Positions 50,680-60,087 of a stretch of 64,000 bases of DNA are shown in pieces. How positions within the stretch are numbered: position 1 is the first letter of the stretch; each line of letters opens with the position of its first letter. The stretch is from Deltaproteobacteria bacterium (GTDB taxonomy: Bacteria; JAGRBM01; JAHCIT01): positions 62,001 to 126,000 of the forward strand of contig JAHCIT010000007.1 of the NCBI GenBank assembly GCA_026129095.1, read 5' to 3'. The position numbers and the translations under genes were made by a program. The notes under the pieces were generated by a model. It was not told the DNA's origin. It made no database searches and was given only the letters and a program-made list of their open reading frames with translations.

Positions 50680-51174
50680 TCAGTCAGCGGCGGCGGCGGC
50701 CCCAGGGTTACCTGCCGCCGGCCGCTGCCCTTCCTGAACCGGGTCAGAAACGCCCGCGAAAATTTCCCCGAGCGTCGTCGAGCCGAGAACATCCTTCACC
50801 CGGCCATTCAGCCGCCGCATGGGTCCGACAATCGTGCAGTGGTTGAACTGGATGCAGGTCTGGGTACCCTTGCCATCAACCCCGCCAGGACGGGCACATT
50901 CGATCATTCCCAAAGGACCATCCATCGCCTCAATGAACCTGGCGAGGCTGACCTGGTCCAGATCCGTGGAAAGACTGTACCCGCCCAGGATTCCCTGGTG
51001 GCTCTGTACGTAGCCTTCCCGCTTCAGTTTCTGCATGATCTTTGAAACCAGATCGAACGAAAGGTGGTACCTGTCGGCTATTTCACGGGCACTGGAGTAG
51101 GTCCCTTCCGACTGGGAAGCGATATGCTTGAGCGCGATGATCGCGTATTCAGTTTTCTTGGTGAACTGAAACAT
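50680..51174 (-). CDS. iscR: Rrf2-family regulator, IscR-like
   Basis: wHTH with G..GGY; three Cys; first gene of the isc operon. Confidence 0.85.
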   Translation of the reverse strand: MFQFTKKTEYAIIALKHIASQSEGTYSSAREIADRYHLSFDLVSKIMQKLKREGYVQSHQGILGGYSLSTDLDQVSLARFIEAMDGPLGMIECARPGGVDGKGTQTCIQFNHCTIVGPMRRLNGRVKDVLGSTTLGEIFAGVSDPVQEGQRPAAGNPGAAAAAD

Positions 51175-51214
51175 TTCGCGTTCCCTTTTCCTTTCGGCGG
51201 GTCCAATTTCCTCA

Positions 51215-51292
51215 AAACCCGACCTTAATTGTCCGAGATCAAGATGAATCCTGTGGCCAAGGTTGTCAAGATAGGACTGGATTTGTCTTTGA
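51215..51292 (-). promoter_or_regulatory. isc promoter flanked by two Rrf2-type operators
   Basis: TTGACA-N17-CATCTT on the minus strand; GAC-N7-GTC at 51221-51233 and 51275-51287. Confidence 0.65.
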
Positions 51293-51475
51293 TTAAGTGG
51301 GCAGCGCATTTATCTAAGTAATTACAGCTAGTTATATGGCCTCTGATTGACTTGAGAATAGCCCTGACAGACCATTCCGTAGGGAAGAAGCCGACACTGG
51401 ATTCCTCATGGTATTTCCCGTATTGATTAGAGGCTTTCACCGGTATCACTTGCCGACAGACGCGACAGAACATGC

Positions 51476-51560
51476 GCGAGAGTGGTGAAATTGGCAGACA
51501 CGCAGGTCTTAGAAGCCTGTGCCGCAAGGCGTAGGGGTTCAAGTCCCCTCTCTCGCACCA
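51476..51560 (+). tRNA. tRNA-Leu(TAG)
   Basis: GCGAGAG/CTCTCGC acceptor stem; CTTAGAA anticodon loop; long variable arm; GGTTCAAGTCC; encoded CCA. Confidence 0.97.
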
Positions 51561-51701
51561 GCCTTAACTCTGTGTTTGCCTTGAATAGCGGGGCGTCCAG
51601 TTCAGAAAACATCCTGTTAAACCAGTCCCGCGTGGCCGGTACATGCCCGTTTATGGGTGCGCTTCGCTGGAAACCACCGGATTTTCGGCTATGAAGTCCC
51701 C

Positions 51702-52913
51702 ATGACCGATCAGCTGTCATCGGATCTCAATTCGCTGCGCATATCACGCGATACTCCCCCTCCCCGGCAACGGCGCCAGTTGGGCTGGGTCATACCCATA
51801 GCCGCCGGAATTGCCGCAATCGTCATACTGGTCCCAATCGCCCGCCGGATCGTCTTCAAGACCAATGTGGAAGTGACCGAGGTTATTTCTGCATCCCCCG
51901 CCCGGGCTTCAGTGCTGCTGACAGCGAGCGGCTATGTGGTTCCTCAGCGGGTTTCAAAGGTCGGTGCCAAGATCACCGGCCGGATTGTCAGGATCTACGT
52001 CCGCGAGGGCGACACGGTTAAGGAAGGCGACCTGATCGCCGAACTGGAAGACGCGCAGGAACGGGCGGCCATTACGGTAGCCCAGGCACGAGCGGCTTCA
52101 GCCGAGGCGCGCGTACGGACCGCAGCCGCACAACTGCTGGAGGTGGACCGCCAGACGGACCGGCAGCGCCGGCTCGCCGAAGAAGGGGTCACCGCCTATG
52201 CGACGGTCGAGGATCTGGAAGCGCGCCGCGATTCGCTTGTCGCTGCCAGGGATGCTGCACAGGCCGAACTGGATATGGCCCGTGCCGAAGTAAATGCCCT
52301 CCGTACGACGCTCTCGTACATGCGGATCGAGGCACCCCTGAGCGGTGTCGTCATCGCCAAGCCAGCCGAGCCGGGGGAACTGGTCGGGGTAATGGCGGCC
52401 AATATTGCCGAAATCGCCGACATGTCCAGCCTTATGGTCGAAGTCGATGTCCCTGAGCGGCGGCTCGCCCAGGTAGTTCCGGGCAATCCGTGCGAGATTG
52501 TGCTGGACGCATTTCCCAACCGGAGACTCCGCTGCAAGGTGCATGAGATCAGCCAGCGGGTCGACAAGGCAAAAGCCACCATCACCGTCAAGGCGGCATT
52601 CGTGGACGAACCCAAAGGCGTTCTGCCTGACATGTCGGCGCGTGTGGGATTTCTCACCGAAGAACTCCCCGAAGATATCCGGAACAAGCCCGACGAACTG
52701 CTTGTCCCCAAGTCGGCTGTTGTTGGCGACCGGAACGATGCAGCGGTGTTTGTTATCCTGGATGGCAAGGCACGGCGTACCCATATTGCTTTCGATGAAG
52801 AGCGCGGAAACTATTACCGCCTCGTCGAAGGACCGACACCCGGCACCCGCATTGTCGACAAGCCGCCGCCGGGTCTCGCTGACGGACACCCAATCAAGGA
52901 GTCACTCCCGTGA
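51702..52913 (+). CDS. Efflux periplasmic adaptor (MacA/HlyD-like)
   Basis: TM; ASGYVV; V.EGD.V..GD; I.AP..G. Confidence 0.92.
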   Translation: MTDQLSSDLNSLRISRDTPPPRQRRQLGWVIPIAAGIAAIVILVPIARRIVFKTNVEVTEVISASPARASVLLTASGYVVPQRVSKVGAKITGRIVRIYVREGDTVKEGDLIAELEDAQERAAITVAQARAASAEARVRTAAAQLLEVDRQTDRQRRLAEEGVTAYATVEDLEARRDSLVAARDAAQAELDMARAEVNALRTTLSYMRIEAPLSGVVIAKPAEPGELVGVMAANIAEIADMSSLMVEVDVPERRLAQVVPGNPCEIVLDAFPNRRLRCKVHEISQRVDKAKATITVKAAFVDEPKGVLPDMSARVGFLTEELPEDIRNKPDELLVPKSAVVGDRNDAAVFVILDGKARRTHIAFDEERGNYYRLVEGPTPGTRIVDKPPPGLADGHPIKESLP

Positions 52914-53608
52914 ATGCACCCGCGCAACAGACTGACAGCAGGCCGATGGTGGAACTGCAAGGCATCACCAAGACCTACCACCGCGGAGACGAAGCCCTTA
53001 CCGTCCTGCACAATCTCGACTTCAGCCTCCCCAAGGGCGGTTACGTCGCGCTCATGGGTCCATCCGGTTCCGGCAAGTCGTCCCTCCTCAACATCATTAC
53101 CGGTCTTGACCGGCCGACTGCCGGCACAGTCCGGGTTGCTGACCATGTATTGACGGATATGGAAGATGGCGGACTGGCCAGATTCCGCGCAACGACGCTA
53201 GGGCTTATCTTCCAGACCTTCAACCTCCTCCCGGTGCTGACTGCGCTGGAGAATGTCGAGTTGCCCCTGCTCCTTACGCACCTGCCCGCAGCCGAACGGA
53301 AAAAGCGGGCTGAAACCGCTCTCCGCATTGTGGGCCTTGCCGACCGGCTTCACCACTATCCGCGCCAGCTTTCGGGCGGACAGGAACAGCGCGTCGCTAT
53401 CGCCCGTGCACTTGTCAACGATCCGGAACTGATCGTGGCGGACGAACCGACCGGCGACCTCGATCGGGATAGCGCCAACGATGTCCTTGCCCTGCTGGAG
53501 AAGCTGAACAGCGAGTTTGGCAAGACCATCCTGATGGTGACCCACGATCCGGCAGCGGCCGAGCGCGCCCATGCAATCCGCCGTCTCGACAAGGGCAACC
53601 TCGTATGA
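52910..53608 (+). CDS. ABC transporter ATP-binding protein (MacB/LolD type)
   Basis: GPSGSGKS; LSGGQ; ADEPTG; VTHD. Confidence 0.95.
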   Translation: MNAPAQQTDSRPMVELQGITKTYHRGDEALTVLHNLDFSLPKGGYVALMGPSGSGKSSLLNIITGLDRPTAGTVRVADHVLTDMEDGGLARFRATTLGLIFQTFNLLPVLTALENVELPLLLTHLPAAERKKRAETALRIVGLADRLHHYPRQLSGGQEQRVAIARALVNDPELIVADEPTGDLDRDSANDVLALLEKLNSEFGKTILMVTHDPAAAERAHAIRRLDKGNLV

Positions 53609-54771
53609 GCCTGGCCCTGCTGGCACGGCGGAATATCCGCCGGAACACGGTTCGCACCGCTCTCACGATGGTGGCACTTGCCATCGCCGTCGTGGCATTT
53701 GTAGCAATTCGCACCGTGCTGACGGCGTGGAGCGTTGCCGCTGATTTTGCCGCCAAAGACCGGCTGGCCACCCGGCACAAGATGTCGTTCGTCATCAGCA
53801 TGCCCAAGCATTATGCCGATACGGTGCGCGAGGTTCCGGGTATTCAGGCGGCAACCTGGATGAACTGGTTTGGTGCGCGTGATCCGCGCCGCCCGGACAG
53901 TTTTTTCGCCACCATCGCAGTCGATACCCGGACATTTCTTGATGTTTATGATGAAGTGATGCTCCCCGAGGACCAGAAGACCGCCTGGCTGGAAACCCGT
54001 AATGGCGCGATCGTTGGTGAAGTGCTGGCCAAGGAACTCGGCGTCCAGCCCGGCGACCGGGTGACACTGCAGGGAACGATCTTTCCCGGCTCGTGGGAGT
54101 TTGCAGTGTCGGGGATATACGTGCCGACCCGGCAGACGATCGACCGGATGTCACTGTTCTTCCACTGGGACTATCTCAATGATTCGATCGAGGAAGCCCG
54201 CCGCGACCAGATCGGCTGGATCGTAAGCCGGGTGGACGATCCCACCGCCGGGACGCGGATTTCCCAGGAGGTGGACCGGATATTCGACGAACGGGAGGTG
54301 CCCACGCTTACCCAAAGCGAGCGTGACCTGAATCTCTCGTTCATGGGCATGGTTTCGGGGATACTGAAGGCACTCGATATTGTCTCAATCGTCATCATGC
54401 TGATCATGCTGATGATTCTCGGCAACACGATCGCCATGGGCGTCAGGGAACGTACCCGCGAAAACGGCGTTCTCCGGGCGCTCGGGTTTTCGCCCGGACA
54501 GATCGTCGTGCCGATCATGGGCGAGGCTGCTGCCGTGGGCATCCTGAGCGGTCTCATCGGGCTCGTCCTCGCCTATCCCATCGTGGAACTGGGAATGGGC
54601 CGGTGGCTGGAGGAAAACATGGGGGCTTACTTCCCCTATTTCCGGATCGATCCGGTTACAGCCGTCACTGCGGTCCTCCTGTGCGGGCTGCTGGGTGTGC
54701 TGGCATCCATACCACCGGCATGGGGCGCGGCAAGAATGAAGGTCACCGACGCGTTGAGGCAGGTGGGCTGA
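53605..54771 (+). CDS. MacB/FtsX-type ABC permease
   Basis: RN..RT.LT; ERTRE.GVLRALGF. Confidence 0.92.
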   Translation: MSLALLARRNIRRNTVRTALTMVALAIAVVAFVAIRTVLTAWSVAADFAAKDRLATRHKMSFVISMPKHYADTVREVPGIQAATWMNWFGARDPRRPDSFFATIAVDTRTFLDVYDEVMLPEDQKTAWLETRNGAIVGEVLAKELGVQPGDRVTLQGTIFPGSWEFAVSGIYVPTRQTIDRMSLFFHWDYLNDSIEEARRDQIGWIVSRVDDPTAGTRISQEVDRIFDEREVPTLTQSERDLNLSFMGMVSGILKALDIVSIVIMLIMLMILGNTIAMGVRERTRENGVLRALGFSPGQIVVPIMGEAAAVGILSGLIGLVLAYPIVELGMGRWLEENMGAYFPYFRIDPVTAVTAVLLCGLLGVLASIPPAWGAARMKVTDALRQVG

Positions 54772-55940
54772 TGATACCGGTTGCTTACAATATCCGGAGC
54801 CTGAAGGTCCGGAAGCGGAATACCATCGCGGCAGCGGCAGGGCTGGCAATGGTGGTCTTTGTCTTTTCCGCAGTGCTGATGCTGGCCGAAGGAATTGAGC
54901 GCACACTTGGACGCTCCGGTGAAGATGGTGTGGCGATTCTCCTCCGCAAAGGCGCGGATGCGGAACTTTCCAGTGGAATCGATGCTGCACACCTCGGAAT
55001 CGTGGCTGGTGCCGGCGAAATAGCTACTGGCTCCGGTGGCATACCGCAGGCACTGGGGGAAGTGGTGGTTGTGCTGGCACAACCAATCGCCAGGATGCCC
55101 GACCAGTTCGCCAATGTGACTGTCCGGGGCGTCCCGGACAACGTGCTTCCCTTCCGGTCATCCGTGAAGATCATCGAAGGCAGGGCTGCGACTCCCGGCA
55201 CCGACGAGGCAATCATTGGCAAGGCCATCCGCGGAAGGTTTGCAGGGATGGATCTGGGGCAGTCGTTCGAACTTCGCAAGAACCGGCCCGTCAAGGTCGT
55301 CGGTATCTTCGACGCCCAGGGCTCGGCCTACGATTCCGAAGTCTGGGCCGATATCGACGCCGTGCGGAGTGCATTCGGCCGGCTTGGCGGGCTCTCGTCA
55401 ATCCGGGTGCGCCTGCAGTCGCCCGGCCGGTTCGACGCATTCCGGGCCCGCATAGAAACCGACCGGCAGCTCAGCATGGAAGTCATGCGTGAGCGCAGCT
55501 ACTACAACAAGCAGTCCGAAGGACTTGCCCTGTTCATCACTGCCATGGGGATGATGATCGCCGTTCTGTTTTCTACTGGCGCCATGATCGGCGCCATGAT
55601 CACCATGTATGCATCCATCGCTCACCGGAAACGCGAGATCGGAACCCTGCTTGCACTCGGGTTCTCGCGTATCAGCGTCCTTGTGTCGTTCCTGCTGGAA
55701 TCGGTGCTGCTGGCACTTGTGGGAGGGGGCATCGGTGCGGTTCTGGCCCTTTCGATGCGGTGGGTCAGCTTTTCAACCCTGAACATGCGCACCTGGTCGG
55801 AGATTACTGTCTCTTTTGAACCGACGGCTGGAATCGTGATCGGATCGCTCGTATTCGCCGGTGTGATGGGAATCATTGGCGGGCTGCTGCCCGCCATCCG
55901 GGCATCCCGCATGTCTCCCGTCACCGCGATGCGGGACTGA
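54771..55940 (+). CDS. MacB/FtsX-type ABC permease
   Basis: REIGTLLALGF; PAIRASR; TGATG overlap with the previous permease. Confidence 0.92.
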   Translation: MIPVAYNIRSLKVRKRNTIAAAAGLAMVVFVFSAVLMLAEGIERTLGRSGEDGVAILLRKGADAELSSGIDAAHLGIVAGAGEIATGSGGIPQALGEVVVVLAQPIARMPDQFANVTVRGVPDNVLPFRSSVKIIEGRAATPGTDEAIIGKAIRGRFAGMDLGQSFELRKNRPVKVVGIFDAQGSAYDSEVWADIDAVRSAFGRLGGLSSIRVRLQSPGRFDAFRARIETDRQLSMEVMRERSYYNKQSEGLALFITAMGMMIAVLFSTGAMIGAMITMYASIAHRKREIGTLLALGFSRISVLVSFLLESVLLALVGGGIGAVLALSMRWVSFSTLNMRTWSEITVSFEPTAGIVIGSLVFAGVMGIIGGLLPAIRASRMSPVTAMRD

Positions 55941-56966
55941 CTACTGCCAAGGGTCCAGCATTACCTTGCACTGGCGGTCAGGCACCTTGAGTGCTTCGAA
56001 TGCGTCAGGGAAACCCTGCAGGCCGGTCACCCCGGTTACCATCTGAAGCGGGTCGATACGTCCTGCCGCCATCATGTCGAGCGTGAACTGGAAATCCTGC
56101 CGCCGGTAGCCCACGACGAAATCCATACGTACTTCCTTGATGACTGCCAGAAGCGGAAAGATGGTATCGTTCTGCGAGCATACCCCGACGACGACAATAC
56201 GCCCGCGCGGCTTCACGGTCTGGATACACTGCTGGATAAGCCCCGGCACGCCGACGCATTCAAACACCACGTCCGGTGGCCCGCCGGCAAGCTTCGCAAA
56301 CTCCGCTGCCGGGCTCTGGCGTGAAGCATCAATGACGCCAGTCGCACCGAATTTCGCGGCCATCTCCAGACGCCCCGGCGATTTTTCACTCACGATCACG
56401 TGACGGGCGCCGAAGAACCGGGCCCACATGGCGGTCACCAGCCCCACCGGACCGGCACCGACTACCAGTACACTGTCGCCGCGCCTGATCTCCGACCGGT
56501 TCACCGCATTCAGGCCCACGGCGACCGGCTCCACCAGCGCGCCCTGCTGGAAGCTCACGCTTTCAGGCAGTTTCAGAAGCTCGCTGGATCCGGCAATTAC
56601 ATACTCGGCGTATGCACCCGGTATCTGGCCAAGTCCCGTCGCCCGGATTTTCATACACCGGATTCCATCCCCCGACAGGCAGGCCTCGCATTTCCCGCAG
56701 GCGACAAAGGGTAGCGCACAGACACGGTCGCCTTCCTTCCATTTGTTCCCTGCATCGGCCCCAACGGCCACGATTTCACCTGAAAACTCGTGCCCCATCA
56801 CCGTCTTCGGCGGCAGGCCCGGCGGGAGTGATGCGGCATGCAGATCGGAACCACAGATGCCACAACTGCACACCTTCAGCACCACTTCGCCAGCTTTCGG
56901 CGAAGGATCCGGCACCGTTTCCACGGCGAGCGGCGCACCGATCCTGTGGAAAACTATTGCCCGCAT
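55941..56966 (-). CDS. Zinc-dependent alcohol dehydrogenase (MDR)
   Basis: CGSDLH; GHEF; CGKCEAC...C; GAGPVG. Confidence 0.93.
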   Translation of the reverse strand: MRAIVFHRIGAPLAVETVPDPSPKAGEVVLKVCSCGICGSDLHAASLPPGLPPKTVMGHEFSGEIVAVGADAGNKWKEGDRVCALPFVACGKCEACLSGDGIRCMKIRATGLGQIPGAYAEYVIAGSSELLKLPESVSFQQGALVEPVAVGLNAVNRSEIRRGDSVLVVGAGPVGLVTAMWARFFGARHVIVSEKSPGRLEMAAKFGATGVIDASRQSPAAEFAKLAGGPPDVVFECVGVPGLIQQCIQTVKPRGRIVVVGVCSQNDTIFPLLAVIKEVRMDFVVGYRRQDFQFTLDMMAAGRIDPLQMVTGVTGLQGFPDAFEALKVPDRQCKVMLDPWQ

Positions 56967-56987
56967 TTCAACCGGCTCCCGTCCATT

Positions 56988-58433
56988 TCACCCAGCCCGA
57001 AGCAGCCCCGCAGCAACTCCCGCCTCAATGATCGTACGGAGCTGGTACGGACAGGTCCATAATCCGCCATGAAACGCCCGGTCCCGCAAGATGGTTTCCG
57101 GGTGCGCCCTATTCGCCAGGGGACGATGCAGATCTTGCACAAGAAGCGCCGCCATCACGGTGTTGGTCGTGTCCGCATCGAAAGTCTCAATCCCGAGCGG
57201 TTTCGTTCCCCGGTAGCCGGCTGCATAAATACGGTTCGACAGCACCGATCTGGTCCGTGTCATAGGCGCGACATTGCAGGATACCCGGCGGCCCTCGGCC
57301 TGGGCCAGAAAAACCCGCCACCGCTGGAGCCGTTTGGCCAGCAGGTAGTTGGGCCCCTGCCGGGCCTCCACGCAATCGACCACGGCGTGCGGCGAGTCAT
57401 CCAGCGCCGCTTCTGACCGGATATTCGCTTCGAACAGCCGACCCCGCGAGAGTGAACGCAATGGCCGGGAGAGCAGTCCCCGGCCATCAAATGAGTTACG
57501 AGAGATCACTGCCGTCTTTTCCGGCACCGCAAATACTTCCGTCGGAGTCATCAGGTAGGCAACCATTGTTTCCGGATGAATGGCCGCCAGTGCCGAAATG
57601 ATCCGGTCCATCGCTATCGTTACCCGCACATGTTTTTCGCCATCCAGGTAGGCATAGGCACCGATAACGTCGATCTTCCCCTGTTTGTCCAGCCAGTCGA
57701 TGATTTCCGGCAGCTCCGCAAGAAGGTCCGCACCCGGTGCCCGGCCCGGCTTCCGTGGCAGCAGTACACGGCCAGACGTCGCCTTCGCCGTTGCAGCTAT
57801 ACGTTCAGACACTTCAGGCCTGTCCAGGTCGAGTGCCAGAACCGTCGCACCCCACTCGAGAAGAGGACGTAACGGGCCGACTTCCGCCCCGGCGCCAAGC
57901 AGCACGAATGTCCGTCCGGAGAGATCCAGTGGTGCAGGATCGCGGGCCAGCGCGAGTAGCGCTTCCACACAGGCTGGCTCCGCGAGATGCCGGTCCCGCC
58001 AGCGAATGATTTCCTGTTCCAGTTCAGCGCCTTCCAGGATACGGCCGCCGAACGGCACCCTCAGGCTGGAGAACCGCTTTCCCTCTCCGCAAATGGTTTC
58101 GGTCTCAAAGGCACCACTCAGGGCAGCCACTTCAGAAACCGGCATGGCGCGGCCGTCGCGAACAAACTGGACCTTATTGTGAGCTGCCTGAACACCCTTA
58201 CGGGCAATAGTGAGTGCTGCCTCCCGGCTCCTTAATCCTGCCAGCATCATGGGAACGCCGTACCGGGTATAGGTGGCACGCCAGTCGGACTCGCTCCGGA
58301 TTGCCCCGGCAAGCGCAGGGTCAACTGCTTCCACGGCTGATGCGAACACATCACGGGCTGCAGTAATGGTACTGGGCCTACCCGGACCATCCGGGCGGAA
58401 CTGCACGCCCTCACCAATTGTCTGCGCCATCAC
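56988..58433 (-). CDS. Hypothetical protein, probable atypical SDR-fold oxidoreductase
   Basis: LLGAGAEVG; QGPNYLLAK; NVAP.T.T. Confidence 0.65.
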   Translation of the reverse strand: MMAQTIGEGVQFRPDGPGRPSTITAARDVFASAVEAVDPALAGAIRSESDWRATYTRYGVPMMLAGLRSREAALTIARKGVQAAHNKVQFVRDGRAMPVSEVAALSGAFETETICGEGKRFSSLRVPFGGRILEGAELEQEIIRWRDRHLAEPACVEALLALARDPAPLDLSGRTFVLLGAGAEVGPLRPLLEWGATVLALDLDRPEVSERIAATAKATSGRVLLPRKPGRAPGADLLAELPEIIDWLDKQGKIDVIGAYAYLDGEKHVRVTIAMDRIISALAAIHPETMVAYLMTPTEVFAVPEKTAVISRNSFDGRGLLSRPLRSLSRGRLFEANIRSEAALDDSPHAVVDCVEARQGPNYLLAKRLQRWRVFLAQAEGRRVSCNVAPMTRTRSVLSNRIYAAGYRGTKPLGIETFDADTTNTVMAALLVQDLHRPLANRAHPETILRDRAFHGGLWTCPYQLRTIIEAGVAAGLLRAG

Positions 58434-59248
58434 TGCTTCCCGGCCCGCGCCGATGGGGCATCGCGGTCATACATGATCCAGTCGGCCATGAACATAAGCA
58501 ACCATCGCGGAACCAATCGCGTTGTAAAAGCAGTCAGCCAGTTACGCCAGCCAGGCAGGATATTGGACTGGCGCCGGAGCATGCCATTGATGCCTATTTC
58601 AGCCACCCGGCGGCTGGTCATGCTCACAAGCCTCACCATAAACCCCGGTTTCTGCCCCGCCACATCCATGAATTCGGTCAGTGTCCCACCGGGAGAAAGC
58701 ACCGAGACACTGACGCCACTCCCCTTAAGCTCCCAGTTCACCGCCTCGCCAAAATTGAGCACATAGCTTTTCGCTGCCGCGTAGGTGGCGTAGGTGGGCG
58801 TCGGCTGGTAGGCACCGATACTCGACACTTGAAGGATATAACCCGATCCGCGCTGGAGCATCTCTGGCAGCAGGAGGCGCGTCAGGTGCGTGAGGTTGAC
58901 GAGATTCAGGTTCAGCATCTGTTCCTGTCGCTCCCAGGGAACCGCCACAAAATCACCCTTGATGCCAAACCCGGCATTGTTGATAAAAACTTCCGGCTGG
59001 ATACCCTCTTCCTTGAGGCGGCTGCAAAGAGCCACCGGGGCTTCCAGACGGCCGAGGTCCAGCGGGATTACCCGCGCATAAACTTTGTGACCTGTTTCAA
59101 TCTCGTGTGCCAGTTCGCGGAGCCGGTCCTCACGGCGGGCGACTAGCGCGACATTCATGCCCCGCCCGGCAAGCACAAGAGCCATGTCACGGCCAATACC
59201 GCTCGATGCGCCCGTTACGACCGCCCATTTACCTCTAAGTTCCGCCAC
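58430..59248 (-). CDS. Classical SDR oxidoreductase
   Basis: TGASSGIG; NNAG; YAAAK. Confidence 0.93.
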   Translation of the reverse strand: MAELRGKWAVVTGASSGIGRDMALVLAGRGMNVALVARREDRLRELAHEIETGHKVYARVIPLDLGRLEAPVALCSRLKEEGIQPEVFINNAGFGIKGDFVAVPWERQEQMLNLNLVNLTHLTRLLLPEMLQRGSGYILQVSSIGAYQPTPTYATYAAAKSYVLNFGEAVNWELKGSGVSVSVLSPGGTLTEFMDVAGQKPGFMVRLVSMTSRRVAEIGINGMLRRQSNILPGWRNWLTAFTTRLVPRWLLMFMADWIMYDRDAPSARAGKQ

Positions 59249-59338
59249 TGATGATCCCCCTGACCGTTAACTTGTCTCCCCCTGAACCCCGGCCCGGAGT
59301 TTGCGTCAAAGCCCGATGGGCCGCAAGCAGTTTTTGCA

Positions 59339-59986
59339 CTACACACTCCGGGTGTATTCGTAATAGCCGGTGACGATATCGGCCAGTTCATCGATCAGTT
59401 CGTCTTCCGTCAGGTGATCCGGTTTTTCCAGGACAATACGCAGGACAGCAGCCCGAATCATCCCGGAGACAAGAAACAGGGCAGCCTCCAGGTTCCGGTG
59501 GCTTGCGAAATGACGGTCCGTGTCCCGGGCCAGCGTCCGGCTGAATTCAATCATCTTCCGTTCGACATCACGGACCGGGGCCACTTCGTCCCATCGCGGA
59601 ACCTGCTCGACGATGATTCTCACCAGTTCCCGCCGTTCCCGCATCATTCCAACCGCCATCCTGAGCCAGCGACGGGTGGCAACCGGCAGCGATTCCGGAA
59701 GGAGCAAAGCCATTTCCTTCTGGAGCCGTTCCAGCGTTTCCCTTACCAAGGCATCCAGAAGCGCCATCACTATCGCATCCTTGTCCGGGAAATACTCGTA
59801 AACCGTACCGATACTGACTCCGGCCCGCCGGGCTATCTTGTTGGTTGATGCCTTGGCGTATCCGTGTTCCACCAGAACCTGAGCAGTTGCCTCCAGAATG
59901 GCGTTGACCGTCGCCTGCGACCGCTTCTGAATCGGACTTCTCCGGCGTATGGCAGCCGTTTTTCGCGCCTGAGCCCGCATTTTCAT
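59339..59986 (-). CDS. TetR/AcrR family regulator
   Basis: P.Q.RS..TV..ILEA; IARRAGVSIGTVYEYFPDK. Confidence 0.93.
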   Translation of the reverse strand: MKMRAQARKTAAIRRRSPIQKRSQATVNAILEATAQVLVEHGYAKASTNKIARRAGVSIGTVYEYFPDKDAIVMALLDALVRETLERLQKEMALLLPESLPVATRRWLRMAVGMMRERRELVRIIVEQVPRWDEVAPVRDVERKMIEFSRTLARDTDRHFASHRNLEAALFLVSGMIRAAVLRIVLEKPDHLTEDELIDELADIVTGYYEYTRSV

Positions 59987-59997
59987 CGTAGTCACCA

Positions 59998-60030
59998 AAT
60001 CCGAGTAGTATCTGAGCACTAGCTCGGATT
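59998..60030. promoter_or_regulatory. Putative TetR operator
   Basis: AATCCGAGTAGT-N8-ACTAGCTCGGATT inverted repeat between the divergent tetR and LLM genes. Confidence 0.6.
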
Positions 60031-60087
60031 AGTGTGATGGACCTGAAACCCCTCTGGCAAGGGATAAAAGCCGGAAACGGAGACATC

